64,000 nt of DNA from an uncultured Gemmatimonadales bacterium. Its GTDB lineage: Bacteria; Gemmatimonadota; Gemmatimonadetes; Palauibacterales; Palauibacteraceae. Shown here piece by piece: positions 9,841 through 20,220 of this stretch. How positions within the stretch are numbered: position 1 is the stretch's first letter; every line of letters begins with the position of its first letter. The stretch is taken from assembly GCA_963783385.1 (NCBI GenBank), contig CAWANJ010000006.1, forward strand, positions 1 to 64,000. The letters are read 5' to 3'. The notes beneath the pieces are model-generated. The model did no database searches. It was not told the DNA's origin and worked only from the letters and a program-made list of their open reading frames with translations. The position numbers and the translations under genes were made by a program.

Positions 9841-10353
9841 ATGACGCTCTCGACGGTCGTCAATCTTGTCACGGCCGCCACGCTGCTGGCCGGCCTCCTG
9901 TTCGGAGTCGTCCAGCTGCGCCAGTTCCGAAAGGTGCGGGAGCGGGAGGCGGCCCTGGAGCTCCTGCGGACGTTCCAGTCGCCCCTGACGGCCCGGGCGC
10001 TCCGGCGGGTGTTCGAGCTCCCCTCCGGCCTGTCCGGCGAGGAGATCGAGGACGCCCTCGGCGGAGACATGGACCTGGTCTACGGTCTCATGACCACGTG
10101 GGAGAGCGTCGGCATCCTCGTCTTCCGGGGCGAGGCGTCGATCGACATGGTGGAGGACTTCTTCAGCGGCCCGGTACTCGTATCGTGGCGGAGGCTCGAG
10201 CCGCTGGTCCATCGGACGCGAGAGACGAGCGGACGCGACACGATCTCGGAGTGGTTCCAGTGGCTGGCGGACCGGATGGCCGAGCGGGAAGCGGCCGTGC
10301 CGCCCCGGCCCGCCCACATCGAGCACAGGGACTGGCGGCCCGGGAAGAACTGA
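9841..10353 (+). CDS. Hypothetical membrane-anchored protein (DUF4760-like)
   Basis: N-terminal TM; WESVGILVFRGEASIDMV...EWFQWLA. Confidence 0.65.
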   Translation: MTLSTVVNLVTAATLLAGLLFGVVQLRQFRKVREREAALELLRTFQSPLTARALRRVFELPSGLSGEEIEDALGGDMDLVYGLMTTWESVGILVFRGEASIDMVEDFFSGPVLVSWRRLEPLVHRTRETSGRDTISEWFQWLADRMAEREAAVPPRPAHIEHRDWRPGKN

Positions 10354-10444
10354 CGGCCGATCGACCCCGCGCCACCCGCCGAGCCGCGGTGAGGCGCGGC
10401 CGGGCGACGTGCGAGGAAGAGCGGACGCGAGCCGGGAGAACGCC

Positions 10445-11101
10445 ATGCACCTGCCCTTCGGTCACAAGCAGTTCCTGGACGTGTTCGGCGCCTACAACAG
10501 GGCGTTCTGGTGGGCGGCGCTCCTCCTGTGGCTCGCCACGGCAGCGGTGGCCGTCCGGTGGCTTCGCCATCCGTCCCGCGCGGGCCGCCCCGTGATGTGG
10601 CTGCTGGTCGCGCACTGGATGTGGTCGGGCGTGGTCTACCAGTTCGGCTACTTCCGCGCCATCAACCCGGCGGCGACGGTGTTCGGGGTGCTCTTCCTGG
10701 TGGAAGCCAGCCTGCTCGCCCGGGCGGCGGCAAGCCGGCCCCCGCTGGTCCTGGGCGCGGCAGGCGGGGCCTGGCGCGTGCTGGGGCTGCTCTTCGTCGG
10801 ATACGGCCTGATCTACCCGCTGCTCGGTCTCGCGCTGGGCCTGGCCTATCCCCGCATGCCGACGTTCGGCGTGCCCTGCCCCACGGCGATCGTGACCATC
10901 GGGTTCCTGTTGACGGCGAAGGTCGAGCGGGCGAGGGTCCTGGCCGTGATTCCGCTCATCTGGGCGATGATCGGGAGCTCGGCGGCCTTCGCGCTCGGCA
11001 TCCGGGCCGACCTGATGCTCGCCGTGGCGGGACTCGCGCTCCTGGTCCGGCTGATCGGCTCCTTCGGGGCGCCCCGACCGGCCCGGGCGTCGAACCCCTA
11101 A
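10445..11101 (+). CDS. DUF6064-like integral membrane protein
   Basis: LPFGHKQFLDVFGAYN, YFRAINPAA, TFGVPCPTAIVTIG. Confidence 0.75.
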   Translation: MHLPFGHKQFLDVFGAYNRAFWWAALLLWLATAAVAVRWLRHPSRAGRPVMWLLVAHWMWSGVVYQFGYFRAINPAATVFGVLFLVEASLLARAAASRPPLVLGAAGGAWRVLGLLFVGYGLIYPLLGLALGLAYPRMPTFGVPCPTAIVTIGFLLTAKVERARVLAVIPLIWAMIGSSAAFALGIRADLMLAVAGLALLVRLIGSFGAPRPARASNP

Positions 11102-11115
11102 CCGAGGACCACGCC

Positions 11116-11896
11116 ATGCGCCTGCTGGGCAAGACCGCACTCATCTCCGGGGCGGCCTCCGGGATCGGACGGGCCACGGGCCCACCGGTTCGCCGGGGAG
11201 GGCGCCCGGGTCGTGGTGACGGACCTGGACGGGGAGGCGGCCGAGGCCGCGGCGCACGAGGTGCGCCGGGAGGTCGGCGGAGAGGCGCTCACCCGGAAGC
11301 TGGACGTGCGGGAGGAGACCGACTGGGCGGAGGCCATGGAGGAGGTGGCCGGCCGCTGGGGCGGCCTGGACCTCCTGGTCGCGAGCGCCGGCATCTCCCA
11401 CGCGCGGCCCTTCACGGAGATGACACTCGAGGAGTGGCGCGACGTGCACGCCGTCAACCTGGACGGCGTCTTCCTGGGCACCCGTCACGCCGTCCGCGCC
11501 ATGCGGGAGACGGGACGCGGCGGGAGCATCGTGGTGGTCGGCTCCGCCTCCGGCGTCCGGGCCAGCGCCGGCGCCGCCGCCTACTGCTCCAGCAAGGCCG
11601 CCGTGCGCCACTTCGTGAAGGCGGCGGCGCTCGAGTGCGCGGGGGACGGCATCCGGATCAGCGCGGTCGTGCCGGCCGGCGTCGTCACCCCCATGTGGTC
11701 TAGCATGCCCTTCTTCGAGGATCTCGTGCGGGAGAAAGGGGAGGAGGGGGCGTGGGAGGTGCTGGCCGAGGGCACGCCGCTCGGACGCTTCGCCCGGCCG
11801 GAGGAGGTCGCCGCCGCGATCCTCTACCTGGTCTCGGACGAGGCCTCCTACGTGACCGGGACGGAGCTCCGCGTGGACGGGGGGTACACGGCCTGA
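11116..11896 (+). CDS. SDR family NAD(P)-dependent oxidoreductase (extra G at ~11180)
   Basis: ISGAASGIG; AYCSSKAA YxxxK; PLGRFARPEEVA; VDGGY. Confidence 0.9.
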
Positions 11897-11924
11897 AGGG
11901 ACATCCTGCCACAAGGGAGGCTCC

Positions 11925-12317
11925 ATGAACGACACGGCGACGTACGGGCGATCGACCCGAGTCTTGGCCTGGTTCCTGGCGGTCTCCTACGGGGTCGGAG
12001 CTCCGCTGATGGCGATCCTGGAGCACGGGAGCCAGCTGTTCTCGCAGCGCTTCGACCTCCCGCCGGAGCTCATCTATCTCACCTGCGTGGTCCAGTTCGC
12101 CTGCGCGATCGGCGTGCTCGTGCGCCCCCTGGCGGCGTGGGCGGCCGCCGGCCTCACGGTCACGACCCTGGGCGCGGTCGCTTCGCACCTGAGGATCCAC
12201 TCCCCCACGAGTGCCGGGCCGGCGCTGGCCTATACGGTCCTCCAGGCGTGGTTCTGGTACCGGACGCGAGCGGCCGGCGAACCCCGGCGCCAGCCGAAGA
12301 ACGAGTCCGTCGGGTAG
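11925..12317 (+). CDS. DoxX-like membrane protein
   Basis: Four hydrophobic helices, GAVASHL; GGAGG RBS. Confidence 0.65.
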   Translation: MNDTATYGRSTRVLAWFLAVSYGVGAPLMAILEHGSQLFSQRFDLPPELIYLTCVVQFACAIGVLVRPLAAWAAAGLTVTTLGAVASHLRIHSPTSAGPALAYTVLQAWFWYRTRAAGEPRRQPKNESVG

Positions 12318-12381
12318 GGAATGAACATGGGCCGGCGCGGATGATCGACGAGGACGTCCGCATCGGGAAGCGGGAGGCGAC

Positions 12382-12798
12382 ATGAGCGAATCCGAGGCCG
12401 GCACGATCGCCCGGGCATTCCTCCAGGTGTGGTCGGCCGGTCACCTGGACCTGCTGGACCAGCTGGCGCACCCGGACATCGTGGCCCGCTACCCCCACTT
12501 TCCGGAGGCGGTCCGGGGCCGCGACGCCTACCGGGCCATGCTGGAGGAGACGTTCGCCAGCTTCCCGGACCTCCGGACCACCGCCGACCGGGTGGTGGCG
12601 AACGGCGATGAGGCCGCGGTGGTCTGGCACTACGAGGGCACCCACCAGCACGGAGAGCTGTTCGGCGTGGAGCCGGCCGGGCGCCGCGTGAGGGTCGACG
12701 GCATGTCCATGTACCGCGTCGCGGACGGCCGCGTGGTCGAGGAGCGCGGCGTGGCCGACATCGCCGGACTGATGATGCAGCTGGGGGCGCTGTCCTAG
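12382..12798 (+). CDS. SnoaL/ester cyclase family protein
   Basis: SFPDLRTT...GTHQHGELFGVEPAGRRV...YRVADGRVVEE. Confidence 0.9.
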   Translation: MSESEAGTIARAFLQVWSAGHLDLLDQLAHPDIVARYPHFPEAVRGRDAYRAMLEETFASFPDLRTTADRVVANGDEAAVVWHYEGTHQHGELFGVEPAGRRVRVDGMSMYRVADGRVVEERGVADIAGLMMQLGALS

Positions 12799-12896
12799 GG
12801 GGACTCGCGCCGGTCCGCGGCACGATGCTACGCTGACGTGTCGCTTTTCGAAATCCTACGTCATAGCCGCACGCACTCGAGGACGAGGGTACGCCG

Positions 12897-14216
12897 ATGC
12901 GCGTCGAGCCGCTCTCCCGACCCGGCCACCACGCGCCCCTCCAAGCCCTGTCGTCCCTCGCGAGCCTCCCCCGGGTGTCCCGATCGGCCGGGGCACTCGT
13001 CACGTCCCTCGTGGTTCTGTCCGGCTGCTCCGGGAGAGCCGGGGCCCCGTCCGCCTGGACCGTCACGCGCGACACCCTGCCATCCGGCGCCGTCCGCGTC
13101 ACGAACACTCCGCCCACCGGGAGCCCGGCGCCGGACCGGGTGCTCGAGGAGAACCTCCGCATCGGGACGCGGGAGGGGCAGGGACCGGCCCAGTTCGGGG
13201 CCATCATGGGCCTGGCGGTCCTCAGCGACGGGCGCATCGCGGTGCTGGACGGCCAGGCGAAGCAGGTCCGCCTGTTCGACCGGACGGGGGCCTACCTCGA
13301 GTCCTTCGGCGGCGAGGGGCAGGGACCCGGGGAGCTGGAGGTCGGGTGGGGCCTGATGCGCGACCGCCGCGACCGGCTGTGGGTCCCCGACTATCGGAAC
13401 GCCCGCATGAGCGTGTTCGACCCGGACTCCGGCTTTCTGCGGTCGTTCCCCATGAAGATCTCGAGCTACGGCTACTTCTGGTCGGGCGCCATGCTGGCCG
13501 ACGGGCGGATCGTGGAGCTGGCACTGGTGCCGTCGGGCTTCGTATTGCGGGTCTACGGTCGCGACATGAACCAGGTGGACTCCGCCCTGCTGGCCAAGCT
13601 CCCGCCCGAGCCGGCCAACCCCGGGGACTCTCCCAACTCCTTCGTGTGGACGGCGCCCGACCGGAGCCGGGCCGTCTACATCACGGTGCCCTTCTATCCG
13701 CTCACCAGGCGCGCCTTCGGCCCGTCGGGCGACGTGTGGTCGAGCCCCCCGGCCGGCGACCCCTCATACCGGATCACGCGCGGGTCCCTCGACGGCGACA
13801 CGGCGGTCGTCCTGGAGACGAAGCGCCCGCCGGTGCCGGTCTCGCCGGCCGAGCGGGATTCGGCCATCCAGTCGATCCGCGCCCAGTTCGCGGACTACAG
13901 CGCTCACGTCGACCTGGACTGGTCCAAGATCCCCAGGGTCCGGCCCGCCATCTCGGGGATGTTCGTCTCCGAGAGCGGCCAGCTGTGGGTGAGAACCCCG
14001 GCGACGAGCACCGGAGTGCGGTTCGACGTCTACGCCCGCGATGGGAGCCACCTCCGCACCGTCGAGACGTCGCGGGCCATCGCGCCCCAGCCGCCCCCGA
14101 TCGTCCGCGGCGACACGCTGTGGGCCGTGGTCAAGGACGCGGTGGGCGTCCAGTACGTGGTGCGGGGAACGATTCGGGCGGCCGGAGGGATGCCACGAGC
14201 GGCCGGAGGGACGTGA
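12897..14216 (+). CDS. 6-bladed beta-propeller (NHL-like) lipoprotein
   Basis: LSGC lipobox; IAVLDGQAKQVRLFDRTGAYLESFGGEGQGPGE. Confidence 0.8.
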   Translation: MRVEPLSRPGHHAPLQALSSLASLPRVSRSAGALVTSLVVLSGCSGRAGAPSAWTVTRDTLPSGAVRVTNTPPTGSPAPDRVLEENLRIGTREGQGPAQFGAIMGLAVLSDGRIAVLDGQAKQVRLFDRTGAYLESFGGEGQGPGELEVGWGLMRDRRDRLWVPDYRNARMSVFDPDSGFLRSFPMKISSYGYFWSGAMLADGRIVELALVPSGFVLRVYGRDMNQVDSALLAKLPPEPANPGDSPNSFVWTAPDRSRAVYITVPFYPLTRRAFGPSGDVWSSPPAGDPSYRITRGSLDGDTAVVLETKRPPVPVSPAERDSAIQSIRAQFADYSAHVDLDWSKIPRVRPAISGMFVSESGQLWVRTPATSTGVRFDVYARDGSHLRTVETSRAIAPQPPPIVRGDTLWAVVKDAVGVQYVVRGTIRAAGGMPRAAGGT

Positions 14217-14776
14217 TGAGGGCGCCGAGCGCACGCTGCGGCGCCCTCGTCCCGGCCCTCGTCCTCCTGCTCGGCCTGTCGCGCCCCGCTCTCGGGCAGA
14301 TGACACCCACGCCGAGACATGGTCCGGACTGGTACTACGACCACGGCTTCCTGCCCGTCGAAGTGGCTGTCGTCGACTCCCTGCCCTATGGGGGAGCCCC
14401 CGCCGTCGTCATGCGGCGGACCGACCGCGCCCCGGCCGAGCCCCACGACTACCTCCTGATGGCCCGGTCCCACGCCTCGGCGAAGCTGCTCCGCGACACG
14501 CTGTTCGACCTGTTCTTCCTCCAGTCGCGCTACGGGACCTGTCCGAAGCGCGCCCGCGTCATGCGGGTCAACGGGACCGGTCATGTGCCCCCGCCCCGCT
14601 GGAACGCCACCTCCGACTCGGGGGTGGCCGAGACGCTGCGCGAGCTCCGGGCGAAGAAGGTCGAGGAGATCCCGGACGTGGGCCGTGGCCGCGAGATCGA
14701 GATGTGGATCCGCCGATACTATACGTTTCCGGTGGAGCAGCCCCCACGCGGCGGGCCCGTCCACCGTGTCTGCTGA
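14216..14776 (+). CDS. Hypothetical secreted protein
   Basis: Signal-peptide-like N-terminus; TGATG coupling; coding-like codon usage. Confidence 0.55.
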   Translation: MRAPSARCGALVPALVLLLGLSRPALGQMTPTPRHGPDWYYDHGFLPVEVAVVDSLPYGGAPAVVMRRTDRAPAEPHDYLLMARSHASAKLLRDTLFDLFFLQSRYGTCPKRARVMRVNGTGHVPPPRWNATSDSGVAETLRELRAKKVEEIPDVGRGREIEMWIRRYYTFPVEQPPRGGPVHRVC

Positions 14777-14818
14777 CCACCGGCTCCCGCAGCGACCCAC
14801 ACCAGACGAGGAGACCCC

Positions 14819-15184
14819 ATGAGCGACGAGGTCGAGGCCTTCCTGTCGTCCCTTCCGGAGGAGTTGGAGAGGATCGCCCGGGCCCTGCGCGGCCGGATCC
14901 GGGAGATCGTCCCCGAGGCCGTCGAGAAGCGCCACGGCGGCTGGAAGATCCTGGAGTACAGTCGGAATGGGTCGATGAAGACGTCCATCTGCGCCATCGC
15001 GCCCCACTCGAGGCACGTCAACCTGCAGCTCTTCCATGGGGCCGGCCTGGAGGACCCGCTCGGCCTGCTCGAGGGCACCGGCAAGACCGCCCGGCACGTG
15101 AAGCTCCGCAGCGTCGAGGACGTGGCCCGTCCGGGGGTCGGACGGCTGATCGAGCGGGCGGCCGAGGCGGCGGGGGACGGGTAG
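14819..15184 (+). CDS. DUF1801 (YdhG-like) protein
   Basis: HVNLQLFHGAGLEDPLGLLEGTGKTARHVK. Confidence 0.85.
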   Translation: MSDEVEAFLSSLPEELERIARALRGRIREIVPEAVEKRHGGWKILEYSRNGSMKTSICAIAPHSRHVNLQLFHGAGLEDPLGLLEGTGKTARHVKLRSVEDVARPGVGRLIERAAEAAGDG

Positions 15185-15512
15185 GGCGGGGCCGACGCTT
15201 CCGGCGCTCCGGAGGTCACCGGGCACCCCCCGGCCCCGCCCCGCCGGTCCAAGGGGACGGAGCCCCCCTCCTCCTGCAGCCCGGCCTCCAGGGTCCGAGC
15301 CTGGTCCTCACCGACGGCGATGGCCATGAGATCCTGCGGCTCGGCGGTCCGGCGTCGAGGCCCACCCACGAGTGACCGCGGCACCGCGCGGGGCGTCGCC
15401 ATGCGCCCCCGCGGCCGTCTGTGTCACGCCGCGTGGGCCCGGGCCTTCGTCGCGCTCGTGACGACGTTCGAGGACGTGAGCCTCGGAAGGCTGCGGGCGA
15501 GCTGACCGCGCT

Positions 15513-15577
15513 CTCCCCTTGACCTTCTACAGGAGCTGACGTAGCTGTGAACCTCTCTTGTAGAAGAACGAGGGGAA
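15513..15577. promoter_or_regulatory. Pair of inverted PadR operator boxes
   Basis: CTCCCCTTGACCTTCTACAGGAG and CTCTTGTAGAAGAACGAGGGGAA are near reverse complements, directly upstream of padR. Confidence 0.55.
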
Positions 15578-15586
15578 AGGCACGCG

Positions 15587-15919
15587 ATGACCGGCACACG
15601 ACTGGACCTGCCACAGGGCACGCTCGACCTCCTCATCCTGAAAGCGCTTTCCCTGGAGCCCATGCATGGCTGGGGGATCTCCGAGCGCATCCACGCCGTG
15701 TCGCGCGAGACGCTGCAGATCCCGCAGGGCTCGCTGTATCCCGCCCTCCACCGCCTGGAGCGGAAGGGGTGGGTGAAGGCGCACTGGGGGACGTCGGAGA
15801 ACAACCGGCGGGCGCGCTTCTACGAGCTCACCGGCGCCGGCCGAAAGCAGCTGGCCCGCGAGACGGACCAATGGGAGCGCCTCACCGGCGCGGTCCGGCT
15901 CGTCCTCCAGATGCGCTGA
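15587..15919 (+). CDS. PadR family regulator (Acidobacterial type)
   Basis: QGTLDLLILKAL...HGWGI...GSLYPALHRLE...SENNRRARFY. Confidence 0.92.
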   Translation: MTGTRLDLPQGTLDLLILKALSLEPMHGWGISERIHAVSRETLQIPQGSLYPALHRLERKGWVKAHWGTSENNRRARFYELTGAGRKQLARETDQWERLTGAVRLVLQMR

Positions 15920-15935
15920 GCGCGGCGGAAGAGCG

Positions 15936-18593
15936 ATGCTGAGCGAGCTGTGGAGCGACCTTCGCTACCGGGCACGGGCCCTGTTCCGGCGCTCCGAAAT
16001 GGAGCGGGAGCTGGAGGCCGAGCTCCGCGACCACCTGGAGCGGGAGGCCGAGAAGTACGAGCGCCAGGGGCTCTCCCCGGAGGAGGCCCGGCGCCGGGCC
16101 CGGCGCGCCTTCGGGCGCGTGGGACGCGTGAAGGAGGACGCGCGGGCCGCCCGCGGGACGGCGTTCATCGAGAGCGTCTTCCAGGACCTCCGCCTCGCGC
16201 TGCGAGGCTGGCGCGCGCGGCCGGCGTTCGCCGTGCTCATCATCGTGATCCTGGCGCTCGGCATCGGGGCCACCTCGGGCATCTTCAGCCTGGTGGACGG
16301 CATCCTCCTCAGGCCGCTGCCCTACGCGCACCCGGAGCGCCTCGTCCAGCTCGAGCAGGCCTACCCGGAGATCGGGCTCGACGCGTGGAAGCTCTCCAAC
16401 GAGAACGTGGCCATGTACCGGGACCACGTGCCCGAGCTCGAGGCGTTCGCGGGCTGGACGCAGCACGATGTCACGCTGCTCCGGGACGGACGGCCGCGGC
16501 GGCTGAGCGCGGTGCGGGCCACCGGCGAGTTCTTCCGGGTGCTGGGCGTCGGCCCGCTGCTGGGCCGCACCTTCGGCCGCGACGAGGACGGGCCCCGGCC
16601 CGCCGACGTGGCGGTGCTCTCCTACGGGCTGTGGCAGGAGGCGTTCGGGGGACGCAGGTCGGCGTTGGGCTCCACGCTGGAGCTGGACGGGCGCTCCTAC
16701 CGCGTGATCGGCGTCATGCCGCGGGGCTTCGCCTTCCCGCGCCCCGACGCCCGGGTCTACCTCCCCCTGGGGCTCGACCCGACGCGCAGGTTCGGCTGGT
16801 ACATCACGGGGATCGGCCGGCTGGCCCCGGGCGCCAGCCTCGCCCGGGCGCGGGAGGACTCGCGCGCGGTGATGTGGCGCTGGGCGGGCACCCTGCCGAG
16901 CCTGTTCCACGGCGTGGACCCGCGCACCACGCGCATGACGACCCTGGTCCGGCCCTTCCATGACGTGATCACCGGGGACGCACGCCGCCCGCTCGAGGTG
17001 CTCCAGGCGGCGGTCCTCCTCATCCTCCTCATCGCGGTGGCCAACATCGCCCTCCTGTTCTCGAACCGAGCGGCGGGCCGAAGCCGGGAGATGGCCATGC
17101 GCAGGGCGCTGGGCGCCAGCGGCCCGCGCCTGGCCCGGCAGCTCCTCACCGAGAGCCTGGCCCTGGCCCTGGTCGGGGGAGCCCTCGGGGTCGGCCTCGC
17201 CTTCCTCCTGGTGCACGGCGTCACGCACGCGCCGGCCGTCTCGCTGCCCCGGCTGGGCGAGGTGGGCGTGAACGGGCGCGTGCTGGCCTTCACGGCCCTC
17301 GTCTCGGTGGCGGCCGGCGTGGGCTTCGGGCTCGCCCCGGTGGCCAGGGTCCTCCGGGAGCGCGCCCCGGCCCGCCTGGCCGGCGCCGAGCGGAGCGGAG
17401 GGAGCGCCGCCACGCGCCGCTTCAACGGGGCGCTCATCGTCGTGCAGCTCGCGCTGGCGGCCGTCCTCCTCATCGGCGCGGGGCTCGTCCTCCGCAGCCT
17501 CCACGACCTGACGAACACCGGGCTCGGCTTCGAGCCCCGGGGCGTCACCACGATCGCCCTGCCCCTCTCGGGCCGGAAGTTCGCGAGCGACTCGCTGGTG
17601 GCGCGGACCGGGTCGGAGATCGTGGACCGCGTGCGCCGGGTGCCGGGGGTGCGGGAGGCGGCCATCTCGTCGGCCCTGCCCATCGGCGGCCGCTTCAACA
17701 CGGACGGCTACGTGGTCGAGGGCCACCCGCCGCCGTCGAAGACCGAGATGGAGACGCAGACGGTCCTCATGGCGACGGGGCCCGGCTACTTCCGCACGCT
17801 GGGGATCCCGCTCCTGTACGGGCGCGACTTCGACGACCGGGACCGGGCGGACGCCGTGCCGGTGGTCATCGTCGACCGGGCGCTGGCGGCGCGCTACTGG
17901 AAGGGCGCCGACGCGCTCGGGCAGCGGATGCGCCTCACCGGCGACACCGCCACCTGGTACACGATCGTGGGGGTCGCGGGGAACGTCCGGGACGAGAGCG
18001 CCGCCGTGCCGCCCCGGCCCCACTCCTACTTCCCGTTCGCGCAGATCCTGGACCGGCACGCGATGCTCACCGTGCGCACGGCGGGCGCGCCCGGGCCGGT
18101 GGTCGCCGCCGTCCGGAGGAGCGTGGCGGCGGTCGTTCCGGGGGTGCCGCTGGACGACGTCCGCTCCCTGGCCGACTGGGTGGGGAGCTCGCTCGACACG
18201 CAGCGGATCACCGAGCTCCTCCTCGCGGCGTTCGCGCTCCTGGCGGCGGTGCTGTCGTGCGTGGGCATCTACGGCGTCATGTCGCTGTACGTCACCGACC
18301 GGCGGCGCGAGTTCGGCGTGCGGCTGGCCATCGGCGCCGAGCCCGGCGGACTCGTGCGCATGGTGCTGGGCGAGGGGATGACGCTCGCCGTGGCCGGGGT
18401 CGCGGCGGGGCTCGCCGGCGCCTTCGTGGCCACCCGGTGGCTGGGCAGCCTCCTTTACGGAGTGAGCCCCACCGATCCCGCCGTGTACGGGATCCTGGCG
18501 GCGGCCCTCCTGGCCGTGGCGGCCGCCTCCGTCTACCTCCCGGCCCGGCGCGCGGCCGGGAGCGATCCGCTGGAGGCGCTCCGGGCGGAGTGA
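15936..18593 (+). CDS. ADOP-family duplicated ABC permease (MacB/FtsX x2)
   Basis: Permease prefix domain, LALGIGATSGIFS, REMAMRRALGA, REFGVRLAIGA, PARRAA..DPLEALRAE. Confidence 0.92.
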   Translation: MLSELWSDLRYRARALFRRSEMERELEAELRDHLEREAEKYERQGLSPEEARRRARRAFGRVGRVKEDARAARGTAFIESVFQDLRLALRGWRARPAFAVLIIVILALGIGATSGIFSLVDGILLRPLPYAHPERLVQLEQAYPEIGLDAWKLSNENVAMYRDHVPELEAFAGWTQHDVTLLRDGRPRRLSAVRATGEFFRVLGVGPLLGRTFGRDEDGPRPADVAVLSYGLWQEAFGGRRSALGSTLELDGRSYRVIGVMPRGFAFPRPDARVYLPLGLDPTRRFGWYITGIGRLAPGASLARAREDSRAVMWRWAGTLPSLFHGVDPRTTRMTTLVRPFHDVITGDARRPLEVLQAAVLLILLIAVANIALLFSNRAAGRSREMAMRRALGASGPRLARQLLTESLALALVGGALGVGLAFLLVHGVTHAPAVSLPRLGEVGVNGRVLAFTALVSVAAGVGFGLAPVARVLRERAPARLAGAERSGGSAATRRFNGALIVVQLALAAVLLIGAGLVLRSLHDLTNTGLGFEPRGVTTIALPLSGRKFASDSLVARTGSEIVDRVRRVPGVREAAISSALPIGGRFNTDGYVVEGHPPPSKTEMETQTVLMATGPGYFRTLGIPLLYGRDFDDRDRADAVPVVIVDRALAARYWKGADALGQRMRLTGDTATWYTIVGVAGNVRDESAAVPPRPHSYFPFAQILDRHAMLTVRTAGAPGPVVAAVRRSVAAVVPGVPLDDVRSLADWVGSSLDTQRITELLLAAFALLAAVLSCVGIYGVMSLYVTDRRREFGVRLAIGAEPGGLVRMVLGEGMTLAVAGVAAGLAGAFVATRWLGSLLYGVSPTDPAVYGILAAALLAVAAASVYLPARRAAGSDPLEALRAE

Positions 18594-18804
18594 GGGCCTC
18601 GCCGACGGCGGCCTGCGGCACCCCACCTGGCTCGATCCCTCCAGCGCCCACGCGGCGGGGACCTTCTTCACATCGGGACACGGCCTTACCTTTCGGCGAC
18701 CCGAAACCAGACGGGGGCGTGAGACGCCGGCTCGGCGCGCTCCTCTGCCGGACCTCACGCGATCGCCGCGGTTCCCTCCGTTTCCATCGAAGGGAGACCA
18801 TCCG

Positions 18805-19455
18805 ATGAGACAGAGCAGCTCGCGCATGTGGCGCATCTGGTTCGTGGTGGGCGGACTCCTCTACCTCGGCGGACTCCAGCACCCGCACGGCGCTCTGGTC
18901 GACATGCTGCCCGACCCGGCCTGGATCCGGGCCCACGTCACCATCCTGGCCGGCCTGGTCGTGCTCGTCGCCGGCCTCGTCTCCTTCCGCCGGAGCGTAG
19001 AGGTCTCTCCCCGCCTGCGCCGCTGGGTGGGATTCGCGATCGTGATGACGGCGTTCGAGGTGCTGGAGATGGCGGTGCACACGTTCGCCTTCGTGGATGC
19101 GGACGCGCTCGCCTCCGGGGCCGCCACCCCGGTCCTCACCACGCACCTGGGGATGGCCACCGCGATCTACACGCCCTACGCGATCTCCATGATCGGGCTG
19201 ATCTGGCTGGGGCAGCGCGAGGGCGCGCTCGGGTCGCCGTGGATCGGGTGGATCGGCCTGTTCGGCGCCGCGGCGCACGGCGTCGTCATGTGGCTGGTCT
19301 TCGTGTTCGAGGTGAGCGGGTCCGGGATCCTCTTCCCTCTCTCCGTGTCCCTGGCCATCTGGTTCATCCTGGCGGGCGTATGGCCCGCCGGGAGCCTCCA
19401 GCCGGCGGGCGCCGCGGAGACGGCTTCCCGAGTCGGAGGCCGGCGCGGCGCATGA
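18805..19455 (+). CDS. Hypothetical multi-pass membrane protein
   Basis: Several hydrophobic helices with His residues (LQHPHG, WIRAH); RBS GGAGA. Confidence 0.65.
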   Translation: MRQSSSRMWRIWFVVGGLLYLGGLQHPHGALVDMLPDPAWIRAHVTILAGLVVLVAGLVSFRRSVEVSPRLRRWVGFAIVMTAFEVLEMAVHTFAFVDADALASGAATPVLTTHLGMATAIYTPYAISMIGLIWLGQREGALGSPWIGWIGLFGAAAHGVVMWLVFVFEVSGSGILFPLSVSLAIWFILAGVWPAGSLQPAGAAETASRVGGRRGA

Positions 19456-20165
19456 CCGCGCGCCCGGTGGACGCCTCGCGCCGCGGAGCCCTGAGATCCG
19501 CTGGCTGGCTGTACTTCCTGGTGGCGCTCACCGCGCCCATCGGACTCGTCTACGTCCCGAGCCGCCTCTTCGTGGCGGGAGATGCGGGCGCGACCGCCGA
19601 GCGCCTGCGCACCTCCGGGGCGCTCCTCCGGCTGGGGGTGGGGAGCGAGCTTCTCCACCAGGTCCTCGTCATCTTCCTCGCCCTGGCCCTCTACCGACTG
19701 TTCAGGGCCGTGAGCGAGCGGCAAGCCCGGCTCGTCGTGATCCTGGGAGCGCTCGTCCCCGTCCCGATCATGTTCCTGAACGTGCTGAACGAGATCGCCG
19801 CGCACATGCTCGCGGGCGGCGCCCATGCCCTGTCGGCCCTGGGACGCCCCCAGCTCGACGCTCTCGCCTACCTCTTCCTCCACCTCCACGGTCAGGGGAT
19901 CGAGGTCGCGTCGGTGTTCTGGGGTCTGTGGCTGTTTCCGCTCGGACTCCTGGTGGTGCGGTCGGGATTCGTCCCACGGATCCTGGGGCTCCTCCTGTTC
20001 GTGGCGGGGGCGGCCTACCTGGCGGATGCGTTCACCACGTTCCTCCTGCCGTCATACGCACGCTTCGTCGGCGCGCTGGCCACGGTTCTGGAGATCGGGG
20101 AGCTCCCCATGGTCCTGTGGATGTTCGTCACGGCCCTGCGCACACCGCGGGGGGCCCCGGCGTGA
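19452..20165 (+). CDS. DUF4386 family membrane protein
   Basis: AGWLYFL...YVPSRLFVAGDAGATA...FWGLWLFPLG...FVPRILG...GELP. Confidence 0.85.
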   Translation: MTARPVDASRRGALRSAGWLYFLVALTAPIGLVYVPSRLFVAGDAGATAERLRTSGALLRLGVGSELLHQVLVIFLALALYRLFRAVSERQARLVVILGALVPVPIMFLNVLNEIAAHMLAGGAHALSALGRPQLDALAYLFLHLHGQGIEVASVFWGLWLFPLGLLVVRSGFVPRILGLLLFVAGAAYLADAFTTFLLPSYARFVGALATVLEIGELPMVLWMFVTALRTPRGAPA

Positions 20166-20220
20166 GATGGGACGCCCACACGCGAGGTGGGCCGCGCCCG
20201 ACCGGTGCGGGCCGCGCCCT

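Noticed and set aside
14178-14211. Direct repeat GCGGCCGGAGGGA x2
   Set aside because: Only two copies at a gene tail; a local duplication including the RBS, with no associated element.
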